A stretch of 64,000 nucleotides of DNA from NCBI RefSeq assembly GCF_036321535.1, contig NC_087437.1:114454001-114518000 (forward strand), written 5' to 3'. This DNA comes from Camelus dromedarius. Taxonomy: Eukaryota. Of the stretch, positions 23,770 through 35,993 are shown one piece after another. The notes beneath the pieces were generated by a model. It ran no database searches and was not told where the DNA came from. It was given only the letters and a program-made list of their open reading frames with translations. Both the position numbers and the translations under genes were made by a program. The stretch's first letter is position 1. Each line of letters opens with the position of its first letter.

Positions 23770-23945
23770 CAGCCCACCTCTCACACACAGCCCACCTCTC
23801 ACACACAGCCCACCTCTCAAACACACCCCAACAGTCATACACAACCCACCCTCACACACCTTAATCCTGTCACACAACCCAACGCTCTCATACTTCAACT
23901 CTCACACACAACCCAACCCTATCACATAACCCAACACACACACCC
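23770..23945 (+). repeat. 18-bp minisatellite (CAGCCCACCTCTCACACA)x3 decaying into CA-rich degenerate units
   Basis: Direct repeats visible from 23770; the ORF track shows the periodic QPTSHT peptide. Confidence 0.8.
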
Positions 23946-26077
23946 CCAGATCCACCAGGGGCCCCCTATCTCTGGGGACTCAGTGGCGTGGCCTCCCACA
24001 CACCCACAAGAGCTGCAGCCCTCCCCAGTCTCAGGGCATCACTCACGGGGCCCCAGCATTTCCATCCCTGTTGTCAGTCGTCTCTAAACCAAATACTTTT
24101 GGGGGGAAAAAATGCCTCCTGCCTCTGTCAGGTGGACAGTCAGTTCCAGGTCTCCTGGACACAAAGCCCTGCCCTCCCCTTGGACATCGGAAGTAGAGAA
24201 AATGTAACCCAGAAAGTGATCCTGCACCATTGAGGTCATCGGGTACTCTCTCTCTCTGGCCTCTGTGGTTCTATTTTTATTATATGATATTCACTTTGCA
24301 TCTAAACAGCGGAATCGATAGAGAAAAACATATTTTAAATGTCCTCATAATATTTTTAGCTGCCCTTGAGGCACAGATGATACAGACAGAATATGGAGGG
24401 AACTGCTAAGGAAGAAAATGTGTCTAGAAGCTCCTCTGGGTTGGAAGGAACAGGCTGTGTTCCCCGGCGAACACTGCGGGTGTGCCGCTCTGCTCAGTCG
24501 GTGACTGTTGGACGAGTCAGTGGGGCAATGCTGGAAGTCAATGGACGGATGAAGGGAGACACTGGGTGCCCCGTGAGCACCTGCCTTCACCTTGAATCAG
24601 CTAGGGCCGAGTGCTGCTCAGGACAGGGAGCCTCAGGGGAAACTGGAAGTCATCCTGCTGGTTCTCTGCCCCCAACTCCCCATAAAGGCATGAACCATGG
24701 TGAAACTCACAGGCAGAGGACTCGGTGCGCACCTGCCCAGCTCACGGATCCTACCCGGCACTCCCCTAAGCAGCGGCAGTGGGAGGTGCGAGGACGAGTG
24801 CAATGAGGATCACACAGATGCTGATTCTCAGGAAGGGCAGTCGGTCCTCCTGGATCCCTTTGACAATGGGATGGATACAATCGTGGAAGGGGCCGCAGAC
24901 TCCCACCTGGACTTCATCCAGCCCCCTAGGGAGGCGGGCTCACCACTCACTGCACAATGGACAACCCCGGGCAGGTGAACGTCAGTCAGTCAGCATGGGG
25001 AGAAGGATGCTTCCCCACCCTTTTCAGGAAGATCCGGGGAGAAAAGTCTTTCTGCCAACAACACCTGTGCATTAGCTGGCTTTGCCAAGCCTGTGGACAG
25101 GGATGGCCACAGACGTGGTCAAGATGCACAAGACAAAAAAGACCTAGACATCAGAAACCAGGTCTGCTTCTCAGTAAGGTACTAAGGAAGGATCAAGTTT
25201 TCGTGAAGAAATCTGATCAGAAACAACAGAAAAGCCATGTTCTGGGCCATCAGCATTACATGGGCCTTTTTCTATGACAGGCCTGCAGTTTTTGTCATTT
25301 GAACCAGTGCATTCAATTGTACCTCAAAAGACTCCCAGCCCTGGATCAGCGGGCTTGAACTTGAGACAGGAAGACTGGAAACCATCCTACCAGGAACCAG
25401 GAGGACGGGTAACCCACAAGAAATACAGAGCTGTCAACTCATCTCTTGTGGAAAGGGTGGTGCTTAGTTTATTTAAAACGCTGGAGCAACTGCAGAAATA
25501 ATTACATGCAGTAAAAATACTACTCCCCACTTCAAGCGACCCCTTCAAGGCAACTGAGACCCAGGATAGCCTGTCATTAAGGTCCACAAAGAAAAGCAGG
25601 CGTATCAACCCCGAGGCTTTGTGGTGAGCTGAGATGAAGTCTCCCCAGAGTTTGCTGATTCTGTCTCATCTGTCTGCTTTATCCCAACATGGCTGTGGTT
25701 TGCTCTTCAAACAAGTTGAAAGATAAGCAAATACCCTTCCTCCCAAGTCACATTTGACTGCTCTCAGCAACCCAGTGTGTTTTGTGAACGCCAGCAGTAT
25801 AGTGGAAAGCCACAGTGCACCCACACTCAACCACAGAACCCTCCGCTAGAATAAGCCAGAACCAGGGTTGAGGAGCCCCTCCAAACGACAAAATCAAATC
25901 TGATTAAAAGGTGATACAGCCAGCCTCTTTCAGCCACTGATCTTTTTGATGTGGGAAATGTGAGAATTAATGAAAATCAGATAGGTAATTCAAACCACTA
26001 TAAAACACAGCCAGACCTCACAAACGCTGTCTTACCATCAGAAACAAACGCTCTGTAATAGAGCAACAGACTAAGTG

Positions 26078-26289
26078 TGTGCTGGCCAATTGAGTATCGC
26101 TAGCCACATGTGGCTATTTGATTTCATTTTTTTAGTTAAAGTGGAATAAAATTTAAAATCCAGCTCCTCAGTCACCCTAACCACACACTGCAGGTGCTCA
26201 ATGGCCATAGGTAGTCAGTGGCTGCCATACTGAGCAGCAAGACATGAAATATTTCCACCTTCCCAGGAGGTTCTATTGGACAGCACAGG
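26078..26289. mobile_element. MER3-like hAT MITE
   Basis: GTGCTGGCCAAT..CTAGCCACATGTGGCTATTT..GTGCTCAATGGCCA..TTCTATTGGACAGCAC. Confidence 0.8.
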
Positions 26290-26539
26290 ACTAAATATTA
26301 AGAAAGGGAGAAGGAAAGGGAGTTTAAAAAAGAAATAAAAGGGTCTGTTTTATTTTTTAATCAGAAATTTAACTATCTACTGTGTACCTATCTTAGAGCC
26401 TCCTAGATGTGTCCTCAAACACAATGAACACACAGATGACTTGACATGAGACTCTAGGACTACACAAACCAATGCTGTTTCACAAAAAGGCAGTAACAGT
26501 ACAGCTGCCATGGGTAATTGCTTTTGTAATTGTCATAGC

Positions 26540-26670
26540 TTTTTTCACTGAAATGTAGTCGATTTATAATATTGTGTTAATTTCTGGTGTACAGCACAGT
26601 GATTCAGTTATACATATATATTCTTTTTCATATTCTTTTTCATTATAGATTATTACAAGATATTGAATAC
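26540..26670 (-). mobile_element. L1 3' end (inverted)
   Basis: Reverse complement of an L1 3' UTR end, with a T tail at 26540. Confidence 0.85.
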
Positions 26671-27042
26671 TAAGTGAAGTAATTCACAGAAAGACAAATA
26701 TCATATGATATTACTTATATGTGGAATCTAAAAAAATGATACAAATGAACTTAATGACAGAACAGAAACAGACTCACAGACATGGAAAACAAACTTATGG
26801 TTACCAAAAGGGAAAGAGGGGGAGAGATAAATTAAGAGTTTAGGATTAACAGATACAAACTACTGTATATAAAATAGATAAACAACAAGGACCTACTGTA
26901 TAGCACAGGGAACTATATTCAATAACTTGTAATAATCTATAATGAAAAAGAATATTAAAAAGTATATGTCTAACTGAATCACTATGCTGTACACCAGAAA
27001 CTAACACAACACTGTAAATCAAATATACTTCAATTTAAAAAT
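26671..27042 (+). mobile_element. L1 3' UTR
   Basis: TAAGTGAAGTAA..AGAAAGACAAATATCATATGATA..ACTTCAATTTAAAAA. Confidence 0.9.
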
Positions 27043-28059
27043 ACACATATTTCAGCAGCAGTTACAGAGGTACCAGAGAGAAGGAAGCAGACAGCTCTCA
27101 GAGGAAGTCATCACTCTCTGGGCAGTGATATCAAGGAAAGAAAACATAAATTTAAGAAACTAAAAGACCATCTAATAGATATATTCCAATACTCCCAAAT
27201 ATTATAATACAGGGTGTCCATAAAATTTTGGAATACAGCTAATATTATTTTACTTTTTAACAAACTAAATACGTCCTTGATAAGAAGGATATTCATTCAG
27301 CTGTTTCCAGATGAAACAGACATGCATCTTCAGAATCTGACTGACGTCCATTACTAGACTTGTTCAGAGAGAGTAAATATTTTATAGAGATTAAAGTTTT
27401 AGCAGATATATTTTTTCCAATATTCTTAAAAATCTAAGATAATTTTTATGCTTAAATTCCTGAATACGTATGCTTTCTTTACCATAAAAATAAGCTACAT
27501 TGGAGGAAGTAGAGTCATTTTTTACAGTCTAAGTTAGTGTTTATTTTATTAATAATAGTCTTTATTTTAGAGACATTCTGTTAAACTGATTCTGTTACCA
27601 ATTATTTCCCTACCTATTTTCTCAAGAATGCTAAATATTGATACTCTCTGAAAGGAAGTGAATCAAAATAATAATAAAGCCATATTATCATCTTTATACT
27701 TTGGCTGTGAATAACTAAAACAATGAAAGTTAATTTTTTAATACCATTTGCCCAAATTTTTCATCCTGAAAATTCGTTTCTAAAGGGCTATTTTCCCTTG
27801 TATTGAAAAAAAGAATTTGTTTCCATTTGGATTCTTTTATCAGGTAAGTTTTCTCTCCTTGGATTTCCCAGAATAAAATAAAGATCAAGTCATTTAAAAC
27901 AGAACTGGGTCCACTTTACTCATCTGGCCCAGAGTGGCCAAGGAAGTGAGGAACAAGCTGAACTTTTGCTTTACCCTGTTGACTTTTCATGTCTCATGGC
28001 CCGAGCTTTCAAGATTTCCAGCAATCCACCCAATTTTCCCTCTGTTCGCAGTCACTGGG

Positions 28060-28275
28060 GTAACCAGGAAAACGTAGGCTTAGAAATCAAATATCATCAG
28101 TAAGCTCTATGATTTTGAGCAAATTAATCACACAGAGCCTGTTTCCTCATCTGAAAATGAGGTTAATAATGGAAATCTCACAGGCTTATTGTAAACATTA
28201 AATGAGTCAATGTTTGCAAAGCACCTAACCCAGTCCTCACACAATAATTATATCTGTATTAGCATTAGCATTATT
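28060..28275 (+). mobile_element. MIR
   Basis: GAGCCTGTTTCCTCATCTGAAAATGAGG..TTAAATGAG..AAAGCACCTAAC. Confidence 0.75.
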
Positions 28276-28499
28276 ATTACTGTTGCCTTTCTTTCAATGG
28301 CATGGCTTTTAATATGTACTGTAATTCCTGAAAATGACCTTCTTTAGCTTAGTCTTAAAAACCCCTCCTGTGGTTTGCCCAGTGAACATCTTAGATGGGC
28401 ACATGGTCCAAGGTCCCTCCCAAAATCAGTTCCAGCTCTCGGGTGCAGCCCACACACTGAAACAAAGGAATAGCAAGACATAGCTAGTAACTAGCTAGT

Positions 28500-29050
28500 A
28501 AATGCTGATAAACCGCTGGAAGTCTGCTTGAAGAAAAGAGAGAAGGCATAAATAAAAAGGATTAGGAATGAAAAACAGAAATATAAATGTACCAATTAAA
28601 AAGATAGAGAATTATGAACAATTTGGCCAACAGTTTGAGAATTTAATTAAAATAGATAAATATCTAGAAAAATAATAATTGTCAAAAGCAAGTATAGAAG
28701 AAACAGAAAACCTGAATGGTCCTACAAACAGTTACAAAATTTAATCACCAATTTAAATTCCTTCCTCAGCTGGATGATCCGTACATGGGGTTTATGATAC
28801 TCTTCTCCCCACTTATGACGGAAAGTTTCAAGTATACGCAAAAGTAAAATTAACAATGATAATCATTTCCTACATAGAAATGGTTTTGCAGGTAAGTTCC
28901 ATCAAATATTTAAGGAAGGGGAATCCTAATCTCTCATAAAATTTTTCAGATACTAGGAAAAGAGGAAACGGCACAACTCATTTCTTATGCTAATATAACC
29001 TCGATGCCAAAAGCAGACAAGGATGAGATGAGAAAGGAAATTATAGGTCA
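28500..29050 (+). mobile_element. Ancient L1 ORF2 fragment
   Basis: GAAATAGATAAAT-like, AGAAGAAACAGAAAACCTGAAT, AACTCATTT..ATAACCTCGATGCCAAAAGCAGACAAGGA (degenerate Z/RT region). Confidence 0.75.
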
Positions 29051-31734
29051 GAGGAGCTACTCTGGGAACTGGGGTGTGTCCACACAGAGGTTGAACTCCA
29101 TGGTAACCTTGCCCTTTAACTAAAAGAAAGCCATATTTTACATTAAACGCTTTATCATCCTTCTCCTTTTACACTGTGATTTATCTTAACTAAACTCCAG
29201 TCCTCCCATTAACACCTGATAAATCCACACACTTGCAGGATGGTGGTGTGGCTGGACATGTGGAATAAGGCCTGTTCTGCACCCACTGCCCTGGCTCCCA
29301 GACACCCAGAGAGCACAAGACGGGGCTCCAGCCCACGTGTTCCAGGTGGAAATCATATGCAGAGTGAGTGGTGAGGATATAGGTGATCCCTAATGGCTTT
29401 GCCACTGCTCAGCCCCCATCTCCAGGTGACTATGCAAAGAAATGATTTGATCCAGACAAATCTTATGAATCAGCCAGATATACCCCACGGCAGCCCCAAG
29501 GACACAGCTCAGGACAGAATGATGCCTTTCCCCAACCCCTCTCATCAGAAGTGAAGCCCACTCCTCACTGCTCCGCTCCCCAAATGTGTTCCATCAGAAA
29601 CATCAGAGGCTTGAGCTATGAGCTACTTCACTCCCAGGCCCCTCCTACTGGCAGTGTGACCTCATTCATATCATTAGCCCAACTCTACACTGTCTTGCTA
29701 GGTGAGGCCAATTTTAGTAACTTCAGGAACTGCCGTTTTCTTGCAGTCAGCAATGTCCCATTTTCCAAGGCTAGATCATTGCAGGCAGAACTATGTAAGC
29801 CATGATGGGCAGAAGGTAACCAAGGGGCTGTGAGATTATCAGGTTGATGGATCTGGAGCGTTCATTTGGGGAGCACTGAAAGGTAACTTTGGCTATACCA
29901 AGCTAGACCAAGATGAGGGTGGTTTTACTGGTTTGACTAAGTTTCAAATGCTGGAAGTTTGCAGCATTTTTTTTTAGCAACAGTACAATTTTGACAAATG
30001 AAATTTTATGTAGGTCTTCAATGTATAAAACCGATCAATTCAGAGCTGGTCGTCTTGTGGTAGGAGGATGGAGAATTAGAAATTTGTCCACTTGACCTTC
30101 TCTTATCCTCTGCGTCAGCCCCTCCAGACCCTAGACCCCAGCCCTCAGCACTATGGGCCCTGGGCATATGGCCCAAAATCCACTGCCATGAGCCTTAAAT
30201 TCCACTTAAAACCTTCAACATCGAGTCATGCACAATTTAGTCAAGAGGTTTATGTAAAAACCAAATCCTTCATTTTACCAACAAGAAAACAGTGGCAAGA
30301 AGGATCTTCCTGACTTGTGTGACGTTCACAGCTGACCAATGGCAGAGGCAGACAAGTTACATATGCACCGTGACTCCTCCCTCCTCCTATGTCTACCACA
30401 CGCATTGAAGCAATTAAACAGAAGTGAAATTATTGAGCTTGTATCCACTAATGATTCCTGTATTATTAATTATTCCCATACTTGAATGATGTGTGTACAC
30501 ACTTTGGCATGGTTCTAAGGATGTGTGGAGCAGAAGTCTGGAAGAGGCTGTGGATAAAGCTTGTGGAGGTGGCTGGCCCACCCACACATGTCATCTGCTA
30601 AGTGTCACAGGGGCTGGAAGCGTCCCAGAAATTCCTTTAATATTTGTTGAAACTATGGGCAAGTTTCAGGGGCAAGTAAGGAGAATCAGGGGCAAGTAAG
30701 GAGAATCAACAGAAGGCAGAAAGAGGGGAGATTGTGGGGTTCCCTGGGAAAGAGAAACCATGATGGATAAAGGGTTGGATCTCATGGGCCAGTTTCACCA
30801 ACAGGACCTAAGGGTAGAGGGGAATGGTGATTCCAGGTACGACAAATGCCTCTGCCTAGATGCTGCCCCAAACTCAACCATGTTGACACTACATACATAA
30901 CTTGGGAAAGGAAAAGGGGCATGGAGTACAAACACTTAAGGAAGCTGTAAGTCCTAGAAGGGCCAGCACCCAACATCTCCACAGAAGGACCCCCTCCAGA
31001 AGATAGATTGGAAAAGTGCTCCTGATCAGCAAGAGGGGAGTGAGCCTCAGGATATGACAAGACCGGGAGGCAACAGACACTGTCTTCTTCCCTGACTCCC
31101 TCTCCACCCTCCATCCTCAAGCAAGTATCAGCAGCCTGAAGGAAGCTTACAGTTCCAGGAGACTTGGAGTTCCAAAAACAAGCGCCCTCCACAAGTCCAA
31201 CAATGTACATCAATGTACAAAACTACAGAAAACGACACTAATGGCCCTGCTGTGCCCCACGACAGTGCCTGGGACGAATCACCATGGTGGGAAGGATGAG
31301 GTACCATGAGTGGCACCCACCTGAATCAGATGCCCATCAGGCCAGACAGCCCCCCGTGACCACACGTGATGGGGGACGAATGGCAGGACCTCAAACGGGA
31401 AAAGCAGCGCCGGCGTTGTGGGGAGGGGCACTACACAGACCAAGCAGCAGGTGTCTGTTACAGACTTTTAGCTCAAGAAGTTTCTGGGCTGTTACCCCCC
31501 AAAAGACCAAGAATAAAAGGTGTAAATAAGCTGAAATCACTTTAGAGGAGAAGCTGGAAAAGAAGATGAAAGGTAAGAATTCAAGAGGGTAACCGTCACA
31601 TCCAAGGGGATGAAAAGGGACATGATAAGGAGCTGAGACCACCAAGGACAGGAGGGCGGGAATGAAGACAAAGGGAAAAAACCGACCAGCAGTCAAAGCT
31701 GCCGCGTGGACTCACCCCCTGGCGCCACACACGT

Positions 31735-31890
31735 TGCTTCACTTCATCCTCCTAACAGCCCTGCGCTACACAGCATCACCCCTGCCCTGTGAGACCTGAG
31801 AAATCTGGGTTTCACAAGGTCAGATAAACCGAGGTCATTCAGCTAGTTTTGTGGCAGAACTGGAAATGAGACCTAGGTCTGGGGATGCAA
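31735..31890 (-). mobile_element. MIR
   Basis: TTCATCCTCCTAACAGCCCTG..CAGCTAGTTTTGTGGCAGAACTGGAAATGAGACCTAGGTCTG. Confidence 0.6.
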
Positions 31891-32447
31891 AACCTCTCCT
31901 ATCAACTTTCATATCTCTCTGGTCCCTCATGCCCCAGCCTGCACACTCTCAGTGCCCTACTACACCACACCACCTCCCTGTAGAGCCTGGGTGGGCTCTT
32001 CAGGGGACACCAGGCAGGAGGGAGGACTTCCCTGCTGGGACATGGACATCATCTGGGCAGTGATGACTGGGCCATTAAATGGAGGCATGAAGGTCAAAAA
32101 CAAAATACTTCTGTAGAGTTTCCAAGCCGAATTATGAGGAATTTTGGAACTGGTGCAAACGTTTTTGAAAATACAATAATGGCCATCTTAGAGGTTAGTG
32201 AGCAAGAATTCAATAACTACTTAGAGCGTAACCAGGAGACAAGAGAGTTGGGAGACCAGGAAGGTGTGAGGTCGTGCACCTCAGATGTTAATGCTGAAAA
32301 CACCTCTGGGCGCCTGATACACTGAGCCTTCTGGGTCCTCATCCAGAGATGCAGATTCTTAGGGTCTTCAGTTAAGCCCCAAAGATTCAACAGCACCAGG
32401 GATTCAGAGGCAGTTAGCAGAAGAGTGTTCAGAAACACTGGCGAGAA

Positions 32448-33266
32448 TGGCCATCATTAAAAAGTCCACAAATGATAAATGCTGGAGAGGGTGTGGAGAA
32501 AAGGGAACCCTCCTACACTGTTGGTGGGAATGTAGTTTGGTGCAACCATTATGGAAAACAGTATGGAGATTCCTCAAAAAACTAAAAATAGACTTACCCT
32601 ATGATCCCGCAATCCCACTCCTGTGCATATATCCAGAGAGAACTCTAATTTGAAAAGATATATGCACCCCAATGTTCACAGCAGCACTATATACAATAGC
32701 CAAAACATGGAAGCAACCTAAATGTCTATTGGCAGATGACTGGATAAAGAAGATGTGGTATATTTATACAATGAATACTACTCAGCCATAAAAAAGAATA
32801 AGATAATGCCATTTGCAGCAACATAGATGGAACTGGAGATCGTCATTCTAAGTGAAGTCAGCCAGAAAGAGAAAGAAAAATACCATATGATATCACTCAT
32901 GTGTGGAATCTTAAAAAAGAAAAAAGAAGACACTAATGAACTCATCTACAAAACAGGAATAGACTGACAGACATAGTAAACAATCTTATGGTTACTGGGA
33001 GGAAAGAAGGTGGGAAAGGATAAATTTAGGAGTTCGAGATTTGCAAATATTAACTACTATATATAAAAACAGACAAAAACCAAATTTCTTCTGTGTAGTA
33101 CAGGGAACTATATTCAATATCTTGTAATAACCTTTAATGAAAAAGAATATGAAAATTAATATATGTATATATATATGCATGACTGGGACATTATGCTATA
33201 TACCAGAAACTAATACACTGTAACTGACTATAGTCAATTTAAAAAAAAAAAGAAAAGAAAAGAAAA
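32448..33266 (+). mobile_element. Young 5'-truncated L1 (ORF2 C-terminus, 3' UTR, poly A)
   Basis: Peptide [42 protein letters not shown]; 17-bp TSD AGAAACACTGG(C/T)GAGAA at 32431-32447 and 33267-33283. Confidence 0.95.
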
Positions 33267-34840
33267 AGAAACACTGGTGAGAAACCAGGGAGAACTAAGG
33301 AGAGCAGAGTGTGATACAAGAGGCAGAAAGATGTATGTGGTCCACACTGTGAGACCTGAAAAAGAGGGAAAAAAGAAAGCTGTCAAAGGCCACCCCTAAA
33401 CCCACTTATCTGCATTTGAAGAGGGATGTAATCTTTGCGCCCGAAAGAATATTCTGGAAGAGCCAGACAACTGGTAAAAGGACGGGGGGAAGGTGCCTCC
33501 TGCATCACTAAGTGGCAAAGGACCAAACCTAAGCTAAGGCTTAAAATAATTATTAATACTGGATCTCAGGTTATAAAAGAGTAAGGAAAGAAAATAAGAG
33601 GAAAGAATGCACTAAGTCAACGTTATTGATTTACACTCTGAAAGAAATGCCAGAACTATTATTTAGATGTCAAAATAGCTCCGAGAAGAGTACAAGGCTG
33701 TTTTGATCATTTGAAACCAAATACCTGCCTTCTTTGAGATGGGGCTTTCAGACATAGAGCCTCCTTAAATACCGCTGCGATGCTCTGAGCAGCTCACATT
33801 TCCCCCTTCAAAGGTTCTACCCCGTTAAATTATATGCAATTTCAAAAAGAACAAGTCGTTGTCCTACTTTGAGTCCCCTTCTCTTAAAAGCATGTTTTGA
33901 CTAAGATTAATTTATAGCCCCAAGGAGATCTGGGGAAAGGAAAAAGCCTTGAAATTGCAAGTAAAAATAACTAAGAATTCCGGTCGCTTCTTAAATATCA
34001 AGTGACGTGGTTTGGGGAATAGGGCCAGATTTGCACCGAGCGACAGGTAAACAGGCCAACGGTGGGATCTGCAGAATCCAGTAGACACTGTGGGGGGGAA
34101 TTCTAGCTGGATGCTGCAGTCGAGGAGTAGTCATAATGGGAATCCAACATGGGACAATTTGCTCATCAAACAGAAGTGCAAGAGTTGGAAACAGGAGGGC
34201 AGATGCTTGTTTACCTCACAGGAGTGCTGAGAGGCTAATTAGTGAGCACTCTGGGAGCACTGACTCCTGAAGATGGCTCGTGGATGCTACTTCAGGTGCC
34301 TGTAAGACGTGCTCGAGCCCCATGGAAAAGGGCACCCTGAGTGCTCCTACCCCCACAGCCCCAGACGTGCTCACCTCTTTCTATACTCAGTAAGACCCTT
34401 TATTTACTTAATAAGATTTTTCCATAATAATTTACCATTTGTGTTTCTTTTTCTTAAAAAGAAGGATCTCTTACTTTTTCGTTTGTTTTCTTTACACGTT
34501 AGCAGTCTCTCAATTGCTCATTTACCTAACACTTGCTCTCCCAAATCAACAAAACTCATTATTAACTGAAGGTGCCCCAGGAGAGCCCACACAGCAGACA
34601 GAACCAGAGTTCATTCCCCTACCTAAGGGGGAAAAAAGCTTCCTTATACTTTCCAGCTTTTGCAGACAAGTCACTTCGGTAATTCCATTTTCCAGCCTTT
34701 TCTGATTCTTCAGATGCCAATTACTGAAAGGAAAAGATGTTTTCAATGGTCTAGGAGGTTGAGTACTTGCACTGTAGCCTTGATCTGCTGGGAGCATTTC
34801 CTGAGTCCTGGCCCAACACCTACTCCCTTCAAAGAGGCCC

Positions 34841-35680
34841 TCCTAGTCCGCTGGGGCTGCTGTGACAAAATCCCACAGCTTAACGCGGAGGCATTTGTCT
34901 TCCGCCAGTTCTGGAAGCTGGAAGACCGAGATCACAGTGTGGGTACATCTGCTTTTTCCTGAGGCCTCTCTTTGGCCGGCAGATGTCCATCTTCTCTGTG
35001 TCCCTTCATGGTCATTCCTGTGCACACATCCCCGGCATCTTTACCTCTTTTTATAAGGAAACCAGCCCTACTGAATTAGGATCCACCCTCATGACTTCAT
35101 TGTACCAGTGGTGTTTTCCAGAGAAACAGAACCAACAGGAGAGAAGAGACTTACTGCAGGAACTGGTTCATGCAGTAATGGAGGCCAGGAAGTCCCAGAA
35201 CCCGCTAGACAGAGCAAGTTGGAGAACCAGGAAAGCCAGCGGTGTAATTCAGTTGAGCTCAAAGTCCTGGTGAGTAAGTCCCAATCAGAGTCCAAAGCCA
35301 GAGAACCAGGGGTGCTAATGTCTGAGGTCAGAGAAGAAGAATGTCTCAGCTCAAGCAGAAGTGAATTCACCCTTCCTCTGCCTTTTAATTCTATTTAGGC
35401 CCCCAACAGATTGGAGGGTGCCCACCCACACTGGGAGGGAGGGCCACCTGCTTTACAGAGTTCACCAAGTCAAATGCTAGTCTCTTCTAGAACACTCCCA
35501 GACACATCCAGAAATAATGTTTTACCAACTCTCAGGGCATCCCTTCACCCAGTCAAGCTAACATATGAAACTGACCATCACACCCATGTAACCCCAATTA
35601 TCTCCTTAAAGATCCTACCTCCAATACAATCACACGGAGGGTCAGAGGCATTCGCGGGAACACAGTACAGGCTACAGCAG
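34841..35680 (-). mobile_element. MLT1A/B-like MaLR LTR interrupted by MLT2
   Basis: GGCTGCTGTGACAAAATCCCACAG..CAGTTCTGGAAGCTGGAAG..TTTTATAAGGAAACCAG; resumes after 35587 with TAAAGATCCTACCTCCAATACAATCACA. Confidence 0.8.
35101..35582 (-). mobile_element. MLT2-like ERVL solo LTR
   Basis: TG..CA termini (TGTACCAG..TCCAGAGAAACAGAACCAACAGGA..ACTGACCATCACA); 5-bp TSD-like TTCAT/CCCAT. Confidence 0.85.
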
Positions 35681-35969
35681 AGGATGTATCAGAAACACTA
35701 ACAGAACCAATGATGAGAACTCTACAGAACGGTGGAGAAGATTAAGGTATTACTCTCTTTTACCTTGCATAACACCATCAGTGTACAAATACCCTGGGTA
35801 ATACCTATGAATCAACCATATACAGACTAAAAGCGCTGTATTCATGGGAAGGGATTGGTCCTATTTTTAACCTCCATCTTTTAATATAATTAAAAGGGGC
35901 TTCCCTTCAACCAGAAACCTCAGACATTCATTTCAGATCCAAATGATAAAAGTATGTCAAGATACATAC

Positions 35970-35993
35970 CTTAGAAACCATTATGTTTAGCTT
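35970..35993 (-). other. Candidate 24-nt micro-exon (frame 0: KLNIMVSK)
   Basis: Minus strand tctccacgtttttttttccccatcag|AAGCTAAACATAATGGTTTCTAAG|gtatgt; splice signals only, no transcript evidence. Confidence 0.35.

Noticed and set aside
26036..26052. 17-nt minus-strand micro-exon (tattacag|AGCGTTTGTTTCTGATG|gtaaga)
   Set aside because: Not frame-preserving and has a stop in phase 0; compatible with chance, no other support.
30666..30708. 20-bp tandem duplication (similar ones at 39360-39395, 58782-58825, 60798-60829)
   Set aside because: Two-copy slippage duplications without spacers; not CRISPR-like or otherwise notable.
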